A DNA stretch of 64,000 nt from Lama guanicoe (GCA_013239625.1 MU053792.1:197618-261617), one strand, 5' to 3'. Counted from the first letter of the stretch, positions 25,001-49,434 are shown. Translations and numbers: made by a program. Notes: generated by a model not told the origin, from the sequence alone.

Positions 25001-28000
25001 CCACAATTCCCCACGATTTGCTGTAGAGACATCAACATTCTGTGCATTGTGCCTCCCTCAGCGTGATTATTACAACTGTCTACCTCATTCTTTTACAATG
25101 TTTATTCTAACTAGTTTCATACACACACACACACACACGCGCGCGTGGTTGCATCTCCACCCCACCCGCATCTTGCCTCTCTCTAGTGCTGTTGAGCAAT
25201 GTGCCAATTCATAGTGACGGCGCCATGTCAGTAAATAGTGGCAGTGTGGTAAAAGAACCCACTTGCCAAGAATAACAAAGGAGTTAAAGCCTTATCTGCA
25301 TAGTCTCAGAGCATAGTTATCACTTTATAGCTGAATTATTTCTGCTTTTCCTCTTTGAACGCTGCACCGAAAAGTGAAAAGGCAACTGGGAGTCAGAAAA
25401 AAAAAAAAAAAGAAAGAAAGAAAAGAAAAGAAAGAAAAATTTAACTGCAACCCCAAGTTCCCTCATCTCCCTACTCACTTCCCTTTCAATAATGTATGAG
25501 GAAAAAACAAAAAAAAACAGTGCTGCTGTTGCATAATAGCCCCACTTTCAAATGAAATTCTTTTCAAGCCAGAGATCGTCAAAATGTCTGTAAAACATTT
25601 ACAAGTTTACAAGTAAAGCTGTCAATAAAAGAACTTCATTCCAAGGTCAGCCTATTTGTGTTTAACTTTGATTTGAGGATTCTGGTCTCCTTCACCACTT
25701 ACCTTGGATTAAATTGAGTGGAAATTTCTCAGCTGTCAAGACAAATTCTTATGATACCAGCCCCCTGGATGGAATTTCCTAATAATTCAGTTCAGATTTT
25801 TTTTTTTTTTTGCACTGGATGGGGTCTAAGATGGTTTCTCCTAGAAATGAAATCTACGTTACAGTCCTCTGTGTGAGTACCTTTATGGCCTCTGAACTTT
25901 TCATCTCAGGACTCACCACCTCTGCAGGCCTGGACAATGATGACCTTGGGTTTGTCCTTCAGACTGAGGCAGTTGTGGTTGTTGAAGATGCGGAAGATGG
26001 TATCGTAAGGCAGCACATCTGGTTTCTCATCACTGTGCGTCTTTCCGCAGATGCCATCCAGGATGCCGTGAGACATGAGCACCAAGAACATGCTGTCTGA
26101 AGACTTGTGCTCTGGGCGGGCAGCAAACCTCCGCAGCACTGATTCCATGTCCTGAAAAAGCCCACAGAGTCTTACTGCAGCAGGACAAGCATTAAAACTA
26201 ACCCGACCTCCTCCTCTTTACCATGAGCAGTGTCAGAGACGTCTGTGAGTTCCAATCATGGTGCGTCACGCAGTGGTCGCTCTTTCATTTCTCTTTCTAT
26301 AATGGATCAGTGGGTTCCACTTTCTGTTGTTGATGACATGATGTAGCCTGTCCTTTTGATATATTTTTACCATTGCTTGTTGTCATTAATATATTTTCCC
26401 TTCCATCTCTGTTTTTTCTCTCAATACTTAATAAGAACCTTGAATAATAAATGTATCATAATCACCTCCCTTCTAAAACACTTCCCACTGTACTTAGAAT
26501 AAAATAAAACTTCTGACATATGCATACTTCTTCCTGCTGCCTACCTTCCTCCTTCTCTAGGCTCTAGTCACACTGGTTTTTCTGTACTTTTCACATGCTA
26601 GTTTCATGTGCAGTTCACACTTCTCACTTGTAGTCATCCCTGCTTGGAATGTATTTCATTCATGTCTTTCCAGAGCTAGCTTGTCTCTGATAGTCATATG
26701 ACAGCTCCTATATTATCTCCTCAAATCTGTTCTCACTGGCCATCTCATCAAATGCTATTACTTCCCGCACACCGGTTTGTTCTTACGTTTCCTTTTTTCC
26801 TTTTCACTTGCTTTTCACTTTCTGTTCAATCTTAGAGACATATAGACACATCAAATCTCTGAAATTTTCTGTTTTGTTATAGTTTGATCATCCCTGCCAA
26901 GTGAACCTACATCAGTGTGACCTAGGACCCTTCAGTCTCATTTACAAACCCATCCCCAACGCCAGGAATTGCCCCTGGGACACAGTCAGGACTCAGTATT
27001 TCCATGGGGAGTACACGCCTGGTAACATTCATTATTCTGGAGTTTTCTGGGGAACACTGGGGCTGAATCTCAGTCATCCCACGTTAGAACTAAGAACTGT
27101 GTGGGTACACATGCCAATCACTCTTCATCCAGCTTTAAGAAATTGAGGACATTTGGAGCTGTATGGAGACAGAGATATCACCTCTCCTAATAATCTTGAT
27201 TTCTAGCACACATTTACACACTTAGACACACACACACACACACACACACTCATACAGAAGTGAGATTGACGGTGGTTAAAGTATTTGCTTAACATTACAA
27301 AGCATCCTTGTTAGTAAGAAGCCATGTGTTGAAGTTACGTGTGTTTGGGGTGCACAAGGTGCCCTCACCTTGGCCGTGAGCCTCTCTTCCACATCCACAC
27401 AGTAGCCAAGGCCCTCAAGCAGCCCCTTCATTCCTATGATGTCAAGGGCAGCCCCGTCCCTGACAGGAAGATGCTCAAACTCTGTATTGCATAGAATGAG
27501 AGCCAGACGGGTTCGGTCCTTCCTCTCCTTTATTGGATAGATCTGCGGGAAGTGGATATGCAGTGAGTTTCCTTTCTCTCTTAGACCTTCATACACCAAC
27601 CGCTGTTGCTTTTAAGGACTCACGTAGCTGCCTCTCCTCTCCTGTACTAGAAGACACCGCCTTCCCCTCCTCTGGTAAGGGATTGAGTGGACAACGGAAA
27701 GGAGGGTATATTGGAAGTGGATTACTTTTCAGGAGCCCAGACAGGATCCAGATCACATTTGTGATGGCTACGCAAGAATCCAGAAGAGACTAGAACAGCT
27801 CCTACCCTTGCCTTCTCCTCTTTCCTCTCCATTTAGTCAAAACTTTCTCAACACTCAAGGTTCAGATCAAATTTAATGAAACCCATGAGACATTTGCCAC
27901 TGGACCCAGCTGAAAATAAATACACCAATATTCTCTGCCTTGAGGGACATTATTATTTTGGTACCATTTTTAACACATCAACTTCTAATGCTTTGCAGTC

Positions 28001-31000
28001 TTTAATTTTTTTCATTAGAATGCAAACAATTACTACTCAGCCACATTATCTTATAAATATTTTGATTCTATGACTACAGCTAGAATTCTAATAATAGTCC
28101 CAAATATATATATGAAAACAAATAAATGAAAAAAAAAAGAGAGAGAGAGAGAGAGATCTGCATTTTATCATAAGATTAGAAGAGGATTGGAATCTGGGTG
28201 AGACCATGTGATTTCCTACTGTTCAAAGCATCTATGAAACAGATTACCCCTGTCCCCAGCCCTGCCACTCTGTAATTAGTGCTTTAAGAAATCGTATAAT
28301 TAGTGAGAACACTCGTTTTCTTTTTCTCTATTTAGTGTACAGAGCACAGCACCTCTCCAGCCCTTTCTTTGTACAGTTTCAGGAATTCCTCATGAGGGCA
28401 AAGCTTCAGGGTACCTTCTTCTGCCTCATCCGGTCCAGCCTCAATTTCTGCAGGAGCTGCAAGACACATCACACAATATGAATTGTGCTATCTGTCCCGG
28501 CGACCCTGTTATCACCTAAGAAAACTGCCAGAGAGGAGAAATTCTGGGAAAAAGGGTTTTAACAAGTAGGGGTCATGGTTGTAGCTGACTTCTAGTATGA
28601 GCAGATAGATGTATTTTGACAGAGAAAGAGGGAGAAATCCCTGTTAGGGAAAGCAGATCCACGCAAAAATTGCAGTAATAGATTCTCATAGTTCTGAGGA
28701 AAACACCTAAATAAATTTGGGCCCAAATTTAGCACTTCTGTACTCAGCAAAACTAGTCTAATTTTTCCAGTTGTTTTATGTGGACTTTCTATTGTCTCCG
28801 AGCAGGAGGACCTTGAGCAAAGATTCATCAGAGTGACATCTATTAGAAATACTGTTGAGTCACACGTACAGTTTTAAATTTTCTAGTATCCATATTAAGA
28901 AAAATAGATACATTCAATTAATTTGATGACACATTTTGTTTAACATCATATACCCAGAATATTATCATCTCACCATGTGTTGCTAGCCACAATTCAAGCA
29001 CTTAAAAGCCACCTGTGCCCAGTAGCTCTCGTGTTGGATAGCGTAACATCCCGAGTGAACTCCTAATTCACACAACATACACAAAATTCTCAGCCCATCT
29101 TTTTCAATGGGAGGAAATAATTTTTGTTTCTGACTCATCCTGACCTAATCTCTTGAGAAATGAAATATCTGAAATGGTTTCGTTTTACTTGAGTTTGTGC
29201 AAGCGACTGGGAAAGTCCAGAGTCTTCCTGCGGAGAAGGAAGAAAGAGGAAACCCCAAACAGAAATCAGAAGAGAAGTTTCCTAAGACCTAAAGTAACCA
29301 GATTTTGGTCTATTAAAGGAATAAACCTTTATGTTGTTACCTGAACCAACCACTACATTGTCTGATTTTATTTTATTTAAATTAGAAAAGCAATATTATC
29401 CTGTATAAAATTTTCAGGTTTTAAATGTTATACTTTTTTTTCCTACTTCACTCATTTGTTTCCATCAATTTTTGAATAATTTTTTCTGATAAATGTCTTT
29501 CTAAAAAGTATGCTAAAAATCTAAGCTCTGGGGATGCGGCAAATGGTAAGTCTTTAAGAGCACCAAACTTTCTGAACATTTACTTTTGTAGATTAAGCAG
29601 TGATACATACTCTCCCTTCAGACTCCAGAACATCCTTCCAATATGGAGATGTCTGAGGTCCCGGCGTAGTCCCTGGTCAGAGGGTATGTTTTGTTATCGA
29701 AAGTCTCCTGTTTCCAGGTCATTTACAGGCTTGGCGAACTCTCCAATTTAACAAATGTCATCTCCTCCTGACCATGATGTGTTTATGTGTAGATAGAGAA
29801 TTTACAGACAAAACTGAGAATTAGGATGTCTATCTTCTATCTAATAGTAAAATTAGCATGAAAAAAGTCCTTTCGTTACAACATAATAAATATTAGAGTG
29901 CAGTTCTGATGAGCTCGACAGCACAGCAAAAAGAAGTAAGAAAATGAGGAGTTTAGATAAAGAAATTAATATCTAAGTTGTATCTGTTACCTAATGAAAT
30001 GCTTAGGAAGCTCTTTAAACTGAAACAACAATGATGAGACTGATACTAGATAAGACAAGGCCGTCTCCCTTGGGAGGCAGAATTCGAGTGATCATCTCTT
30101 GAATATTTTTGTGCATATTGAATAAACAGACTGCTTATTAAAATAAACAAATAGATAGCTTGCATTCTTCCCATCCCCAACTCGGTCTCCTTAGCACTGT
30201 ACTAGAAAGCCTCAGAATTGTATACATTATCGAGAGGACTGGCCAGGGCTTTTACGTAAGTGTGCCCAGCTTCCTGGCCTGCTGGGCCAGTGTTCTCTGG
30301 GTGGCCTGGGAGTCCTCTGGAGATTCCACGTAAAGATAGAGCCCCGGGGGGCTGCTGGATGCTTCATGAAAGGGCCCATACCTGCCTCCTGCCTGCCGCA
30401 GACTGCTGAGGCGATAGGTTATTTCAGTTTAAGGCCCATTGTGATTCCTGGAGTTGCTAAAATCATTTTGAAGTTCCCATTAATTCAGTTCTGATTCCTA
30501 CTTGCTGAATTATCCCTGATTTTGGTTTTAAATCCAAATTAGTTTCATCCCACATCAAGTTTAAGAGACAGTAATGAACCTGCACAAGGACCAACCTGGC
30601 CGCATCGCAGACATCTATCAGACGAGCAGGTGCTTCCTCCATAGAGAAGGGCTTGTTGGAAAAGCACACTTGAGCAAGTGAGGTCTCTATAGTTATGTTG
30701 CATTTTGTTCATTATTGCTTATTATTATTGATGAACTCTAGAATTCAAGACTGGGGTTTCAGGTTAAACTCTATAGCGAATCGAGTCCATCATGGGTGAA
30801 CTTGGGTCTGAGGCTATTACAGACTCTAATAATGTTTATAATTCAATCCAAGTCAAAAGTTTTGAAAGATTTCAGTATATTGGACACCTGATGGATGTTC
30901 TCTTGATCACATTTTGTAACTCACACAAATAAGTAAGCACTGGAAAGATCTAAATATTATAAGCCAAATAATAATTATGGTAACTAATCTTCATTGGGTT

Positions 31001-34000
31001 CATGTTTTCCATTTGTCTTTTCATTCTGTATTTATTGTGTGTCTGCGCTGTGCTTGGCACTCTGCTAAGAGCTATGACTCCTTGGTGAAGACACAGTTGT
31101 GCTCCGGATTGGGAAACTCAGTGGACTATAGTCCTGTCTAATGAGATGGAAAGGCGATAAAAGTGGGATAGATTTGATAAGGGAATCGAGTGTTTCATTT
31201 CCTATATCCTAGTTCTGTGAAGCCAGGGGAATATTCAGGTGGAACTGTTGACATGTGTAGCTACAGCTAAAGGTATTTAGAGCTCAAAGGAGAGTTCTGA
31301 ATGAGAGCTAAAATCTTGGGAATTGCTAGCCTACGCCTGCCATTTACAACCCTAGCCTTACAAAGATGGTGACAAAGTTTCTGAAGGTGTCCCCATGTCA
31401 CAGATGCTCATGCTGATGCCTAGGGAGCGTTGAGCAACTTGGATGAAGTCACATAGTGTCGAGTGACAGACATCTGATTTCAGGTTCAGGTACCCCTTAC
31501 TGCAAAGTGTCTGCAGCCAGCTATTACGATGAGTTGAGTCCTATGAAGGACTCAGCTTCTCAACTAATTGGAAACTGGATTCCTTCCCACAAATGACAAG
31601 GCAGCCTCTAATAAAATCAGAGATAGGTTTAGTGAAAATTATACGTTAGTAATGAAAGGAGGAGGGGATTATGGAGAACAGTGGAGTGGCTGTAGAGCCA
31701 AGTATATTCTGAAAAATTTAAGACATTCCTTGTAAATGAGTCCAGTCTTACCTTCTACACTGGTGGCATTTTTGTCTGTGTTAAGGAAGGTTTGGAGTAA
31801 GATTTGACCTGCCTCATGGTGTCTCTGTCGTATAGAATCCACCAAGAATTTTAAATCGTAAACCTTTTTCTTCTCTGCTTCCTCCAATTTCACGTCATTT
31901 TTTTCCATGAAGTCCTCTACAAAGCCGGTGAGGAACTCTTTGCCCGCTGACTCCAGAAACTTAAGTGGGTTTTTTTTGTGTTTGTGTTCTGTCAGAAATA
32001 CAAAATTTCCTTTGATTTGATCTTGTCTCAGTAAAAATTCAGAATTGAAAATAATCTGATGACTCACTTTTCAATGTTGGTAGATTAATATGACACCAGG
32101 TTAATTTATTACCCTCTGGATAATCTGAATTTCTGTAGGGGAGTATTGAAGTCAAATTAAGAAGCATTTTGTCGTAATACCACAGATATTATTTGAACAG
32201 ATAGTGCATGGGAAGGCAGGATGAATCATCAATTCTTAATTAAATCTCTAAAGATAGTTATACAGTTCATCTAGATGTAAAAATAATCTTGACACAAAAC
32301 GACATATTCTAAAAAATAACCAAAATGTGACAAGACATTGAACAAGAACTTTGGCCCAGAAACACCAGCCTCATTGCTCATGTTATGGTGAAATATTCTC
32401 CCAATAAATGTTTATTAAGCAACTATTATGAGAAAGAAACATGGAAATTACAAATCATAACGAAAACGTTACCAAATATCAGTCTGTTTGATAAGAGCTA
32501 ACATGTCTTACACATTTACGACTAAAAAAGAAATACATACAAAGTAATGTGAATCATTATTATTATTGTCACTTTTGTTATTATTTACAAGTCTCTGCAC
32601 AAAATAGTTCACAAATATTAATATGCTGGACCCTCACAATAATTCAATGTGATGGTTAATATTTTCCTTATTTTAAAGCTCATTTAAATTAAATGTCCAG
32701 ATCACACAAATTAGGATTCAGATCGTGCTCTTCCACCATATTCTATGGAGTTAACCATAGCACAGCTTCAGTAATAATAGTTAATATTCATCGACTCCCC
32801 ATTGGTCTCAAGTGCTTCGCACAAATCGTCTCACCAAAATTCATTTCAAGCTCCGTATAACAGATAGACCAATATTTCTGTGATATAGTTAAGGAAACAG
32901 ACACAGAGAAGTTAGTTAAGCATTTCATCCAGATTATGTGAATACTGCACATAGTTTAGTAAGGGGGCGGGAAGGAATTCAAACTCAGAATGCAGAGTCC
33001 CCTCTTTCAAACTACATTGCATGCGACTTGGTGAAGAGTTACCTGAGAGAATGAAAAGTGGTCCAGGGACTCAGAAAAGACTCGGCTAATTCTTGCAGGT
33101 GACATCACAAAAGACCTCTTAGAAAAGGTGACAAAAAACACTGGTCTTACAACAGAGTATAGAGCTAGAACAGAGGGTTTGAAGACTTACAGACAACATG
33201 CAGGTTAGTGTCTAAAGCATTCACTTTATCCGAGTCCTGGGTTTCTATTTTATTGATTTCTGCCCTCAACAAGGGTGAGTGTTGACTGAATGAGTGGTAT
33301 GGGGAGAAATATGGTAAAAACAATAAAAGCAAAGAGTTTTGGCTTCAGATCCTCTTATTTACATGTTCTCATGGCTTCAATTATTCACTTTAAAATAATA
33401 AATTATTCCCAGGTTTATAGATTCAGCCCCAAGGTGGATCCTAAAATTGAGGCTCATGTATCCATCCCTTCTCAGTGTTCCCCACACTCGTTAAACTCAT
33501 TTTGTAAAAATCCGAACTGCTCATTTTTTCATCCATCTGCTGTATTCCCTATGCTGGCAAATGATACCTTACCGTTAAGTACACCAACACAGCAAAAGCT
33601 GGTGCTGCTAAACCTCTTCTTCCTTCTTTATATCTAATTTTCCATCTCACTTCAAATTATCTGCAAAATACTTGCAGAATCTGACCACTTCTCTCATTTC
33701 TAACTGCTCGTTACTCCAGTTTACGCCAACATCCTTTCTTTCTTAATGACGCTAAGAATCTGATAAATACACTCCTGTCCCCTTCGAAGCCAGTCTTTAC
33801 AATGAAGCAGACTCAGGGTTCTGAAATCTAGTTTTAACCATGAGATGTCTCAGCTTAATCTAATCGAGGTCTTCTCATTCAGCCCCATCCTTTCCTACTA
33901 TACCGACCTTGCTCACTACATTTTAAACACTTTGCCCTTCTTTCAGCTTCTAGAAAGCCTAATAAAGGCTCCTAGGTGTGCAGTTTCCCACACACAACAT

Positions 34001-35776
34001 TCCTTTCATTCCCAGCTGCTGACTGTTCACGTCTCAGATGACACGCCACTTCCTTTAGGGAATTGCCGTGATGCTGAAGGCAGAGTGTGAGAGGTCTGTG
34101 CCCACAGGGAAGCTAGTTTCTCCCTAAGCTAGCACGTTTTCCCTTATTTGTGTTAATTAGTTAGCAATGGCAACCAAACTCATGAGTTTATGTTTATCGG
34201 GTCTCTTTACATGGTTTTGTCTACTGTTTTTCAGTCTCTCAAATCTGTTATCTAATGATGCCCTGATTTCAATTCAATAACCACGGAGGTCATCCTGCCT
34301 GGCTGAAGACGCAGTCGTGAGTGTGGATTTAATTCATTACTCCCCAGCCAAATGCTGTATTAGTATCATGAAGAAGATAAGAAAACAGTCAATCCTTACA
34401 TCATTTTAGGAGCTTAAATTAAATGTGTAAGGTGAGACATAAACCCTGGAAAGAATTCTACTACAGGGAAAATGAAAGAAATAAAGAACCACAACAGAAA
34501 GGAAGTATGAGTGGAGGGAATACAGAAAATATTTTTTTTTAATGAAGCTGAAATCATGCTTCAGAAGGGTTAATGGAAAGTGAGTAAATGTATTTTGAAA
34601 GGTAAGAAAATTGTCTGACAAGTTTAGACTTCTTTTTAAACGGCAATACAGAGCCGTTGCATGGTCCTAATTAAGAAGATTGCACTAGTAACTACTAGAA
34701 TGTGAGAAATGAAAGATAGCCAACTGGTCATCATGCCTAATTATGCCAATCTGAAGGCAAACCCAGACCAGCTACATAAGAATTATCTATAGATCTTGAA
34801 AGGCTACGAACGCTTATGGTCTGTTTATGGTTGGGTAATCTGGGATTAGGGAAGGGGAAATAATCCATTTTGTTTCGTCTGTTTTCGGTTTTGGTTTTTT
34901 GTTAATGGAGGTGCCGGGGATTGAACCCAGGACCCTGATGCACGCTAAGCATGTGCTCTACCACTGAGCTCTACCCACCCTCTAAGTTTGTTTAATGTCT
35001 ACAGATTATCCAGATACGTTTTAAAATTTAGAAACCACTGATCTAGTTGACCCTTTTCCTTTTCAAATGAATCAGATGAAGCCAGAGAAGTGCTGTGACA
35101 TGCCTGAATACTAGCTGCATACACAGCTCATGACTCCATTCCTAATGCTTTTCAGCTTCTATCTGTAAGCTGTGCAACCTGAAAGCAGCATGCAGGATGG
35201 ATTGGAGCTTAAATCCCGGAGCAAGGGAGACCAGTTTAAAAACCGTGATAGCAGTCCAAGAAGTACTGCACCAGAGCACTTAGCACCAGGGCTGGAAAGG
35301 AGGGGAAAAAAAGGAGTTATTTTATAAAGCCCAAGAGTACAATTCAGTAGAGGAGATGGCAAGGGAGGTGGGAATTCCAAGGCTCACTGATCTGATTTGG
35401 GGAACAATGTTGATGGAATCAAGAGGAAGCTGAGACTTCAGAGTACATTTAGACATTTTCAGAGTTTTCTCAAACACAAATAACTTACTCTGTTTGTCTT
35501 TACCAACCCCCTACTTTGATTCCCAGAAGCTGCAAAAAAGGAATTAACTTCCTCCTGGCTCTGAGATATCCGGAGACCATACTGTCTTAAGTGTCTCTAA
35601 GGTGGTGTCCCCCAGTTCAAGCTACCCAGAGCTAAGAGGGAGACAGATTCAGCTTGCATGGGGTTGGCTCACTTCCCTTTTGACATCTCTGCCTGTTACA
35701 GAGCAATGGATAAAGTGTCTTCTGAGACCCAAGTTCCTGACCCCTGGCGAGAAAAGGACCCCTACTTACCAGCCAT
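21983..35776 (-). CDS. CASP4: Caspase-4 (caspase-11/bovine caspase-13 orthologue; non-canonical inflammasome LPS sensor), 370 aa, 8 coding exons
   Basis: Exons 35770-35776, 31752-31988, 28353-28456, 27369-27542, 25917-26151, 24874-25020, 23612-23721, 21983-22081 (7+237+104+174+235+147+110+99=1113 nt), all GT-AG and in frame. Encodes [54 protein letters not shown] and YFYLFPGN*. Confidence 0.95.
23612..23721 (-). CDS. CASP4: CASP4 exon 7
   Basis: 110 nt; [37 protein letters not shown]. Confidence 0.95.
24874..25020 (-). CDS. CASP4: CASP4 exon 6 (interdomain linker)
   Basis: 147 nt; [49 protein letters not shown]; donor gtacgt. Confidence 0.94.
25917..26151 (-). CDS. CASP4: CASP4 exon 5 (catalytic His and Cys)
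   Basis: 235 nt; [29 protein letters not shown]...IIVQACRG. Confidence 0.97.
27369..27542 (-). CDS. CASP4: CASP4 exon 4
   Basis: 174 nt; [58 protein letters not shown]. Confidence 0.96.
28353..28456 (-). CDS. CASP4: CASP4 exon 3
   Basis: 104 nt; [35 protein letters not shown]. Confidence 0.93.
28825..29046. mobile_element. MER3/MER33-like hAT MITE in CASP4 intron 2
   Basis: ttttaaattttctagta...gctagccacaattcaagcactt...agtagctctcgtgttggatagc. Confidence 0.55.
31752..31988 (-). CDS. CASP4: CASP4 exon 2 (CARD, shortened)
   Basis: tctgacag|AACAC...GTAGAAG|gtaaga; 237 nt; [79 protein letters not shown]. Confidence 0.93.
34868..34980 (-). mobile_element. tRNA(Ala)-derived SINE (Vic-1 type, camelid) in CASP4 intron 1
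   Basis: Minus strand reads gggtgggtagagctcagtggtagagcacatgcttagcgtgcatcagggtcctgggttcaatccccggcacctcca plus an A-rich tail; Pol III A and B boxes present. Confidence 0.8.
35770..35776 (-). CDS. CASP4: CASP4 exon 1 (ATGGCTG)
   Basis: ggctgttacctATGGCTG|gtaagt; leader resembles human CASP4. Confidence 0.9.
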
Positions 35777-35825
35777 AGGTAACAGCCTGAGTCCCTTTCT
35801 GTTGTCTTGAGAGGAGCACAGGCTT

Positions 35826-35930
35826 GAAAATGAAAGTCACTGAACATTTCCTTAAGGCTGGGAAAGTGTTGCTCAGGATTTCTGGGCTCACTGTCGGGAA
35901 GTCCCCTGTAGTCAGCAAGTGGATTTTCCA
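35826..35930. promoter_or_regulatory. CASP4 proximal promoter: IRF-E (GAAAATGAAAGT, 35826-35837), NF-kB site (GGGGACTTCCC on minus strand, 35896-35906), second kB-like GGATTTTCC (~35921-35929)
   Basis: Motifs 50-150 nt upstream of the ATG; consistent with known NF-kB/interferon induction of CASP4/Casp11. Confidence 0.7.
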
Positions 35931-37114
35931 GCCCTTTGGCAAGAAATATTTCTTCCTTTTGGAAGGAAAAAATAAAATGAAATGACAAAACATTGTTTAA
36001 CCTACGTTGGCACCTCTGACTGCTTTTTCCCTCTGTTTCGTTTTCTTTCCTGATAGCTCCACATCTCCTTTTCTCTGTCCTTCTCTTTCTGATCGCTCAG
36101 TATTTCTCCTCTGTTCACCTAAAAGTGCAAATCATGAAGGAGTTAAAACTAACAAGTCTCCTGTCATTTCCGGATAAGGGCTTCCCAAAAAACTTGTTTC
36201 CTGTTTTCACTGTGCTGATCACGGCAGTATCGTCCCCTCCCCACTTCCCTATTATCTTCAACTTTTATTGAAGTAAGTTCTGAACCTTCGGCTCCACTCC
36301 TTTCATGTTTTTTCTTTAACTGCCTAAGCTTCCTTTTAAGATTTAATTTTTACTGAAGGTGAACAGACTATAAAAACAGTTTCAGGCTGCAGTAGAACTA
36401 TTATGTGATAGTACAAAAGAGATATATCCAGAAGTACAGTTAGTGAAAGGAAAAAAAAAAAGGACTGTGGCATGCTCAACTTTGAAGGTCTTCAAAAGGT
36501 CAGAAACTCGCCTTCACTTTTAATAGGTTAGCCTTAGAAAAGGCTCATATTTGCCAGGTGAAACAGTAGTAAGTTTAACCTTGCTAAGTGAAAAATTTCA
36601 CCCAAAATTTATTATCACCGCACTACACAGGGACATTATTTTGCCTACAGCTCATTTATTCATAGGGTGTCAAGTACTGTCTGCTAATTTGGTTTCATGT
36701 TTATTGACTGTCTTGTCTTCTCAATGAAACTGTAAACTATTAGGCATCTGGAGTTGAATCAAAATACTTTGTATTCCTGAAATGCCTTAAGGAAGGGCTA
36801 GAATTATGTAAATGGTAGTCATGGCTTTGTCAGTGATAAACCTGGGGATTTCAAGTAAGTTACAGATCACATTACCTTTTCTGAATCTCTCCTGTTGAGC
36901 TTCAAATTTTTTGAAGTCAGGTATCTACTGTAATTTGCATGTCTGTCCCTAAAGCAGAAAGTTTAGCAAATCATTTCTAGAAAGAAAGAATGTTGCTATT
37001 AGCCAGTTCAGTTCGTATGAAGTCTAAAGACTCTAAATCCATTACTTGCTCCAAATTCCACCCCCTGCCTTCTCAGAGTGGTGAAGGGGGAAAAAAAAAG
37101 AACACGACAGACAG

Positions 37115-37216
37115 CCTTTCATGTTTATCTCAGATTTATTGAAATGTTTAAAGAAATGTCTGCTTTCTGCATACACGATTCCAAAACAGGTACAGAATGA
37201 CAGGAGTCCTGGCTTT
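37115..37216 (-). terminator. CASP1: CASP1 non-coding last exon with AATAAA polyadenylation signal (37135-37140)
   Basis: Acceptor ttttcctacag| at 37217; AATAAA ~75 nt downstream; GT/T-rich tract beyond; 3' end approximate. Confidence 0.75.
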
Positions 37217-37622
37217 CTGTAGGAAAAGGATACATAAAAAAAAGTAAAAAATAGAGTTCCACTAAAAGAAATGCAAGTTGTAAAATCACTCCACTGAGGG
37301 GTTACAACCACTCATAAAAGGAAAGTCTATGATATGCCTAAATCTTGGCCTTCTGAGGTGAAAGGGAGGAACATTTAAACTGAGGCCACTTCTCAATCTA
37401 ATCAGGTAACTTTGAGAAAAGGCCCCCTAACTCTGCTTAACTCTGAGAGAAATGCAACGTGCCCTGCACTGCACAGCAGAAAGGCATCCTTTCATTGCCC
37501 TCTGTTTCTTATATTAAACTTTGAGACCTAAACCAGGGAGAAGTTCAGCACTCTTCACCCAGCCTCACCCCAATCCCACCACATACACATCCACCCACAG
37601 ACGTTGATGTAACTTACGAATT

Positions 37623-49394
<11,772 letters not shown>

Positions 49395-49423
49395 GGCTTT
49401 TCTCTTTTAGCCTTGTGTGGTAT

Positions 49424-49434
49424 GAAACTGAAAG
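49424..49434. promoter_or_regulatory. IRF-E/ISRE (GAAACTGAAAG) at the CASP1 transcription start
   Basis: Motif 30 nt upstream of the ATG; an IRF-1 site at the CASP1 start region is established in human and mouse. Confidence 0.75.

Noticed and set aside
29341..29361. 21-nt frame-preserving micro-exon (DNVVVGS) in CASP4 intron 2, faintly similar to CASP1 exon 3
   Set aside because: AG and GT are present but the upstream tract is A-rich with no polypyrimidine run; the similarity is too short to trust.
34906..34980. Functional tRNA-Ala gene
   Set aside because: It has mismatched stems and an A-rich tail, which fit a tRNA-derived SINE.
21983..35776. Calling this gene CASP5
   Set aside because: It has a short N-terminus with a 7-nt first exon and CASP4/CASP13-type sequence; CASP5 is a primate duplicate with an extended N-terminus.
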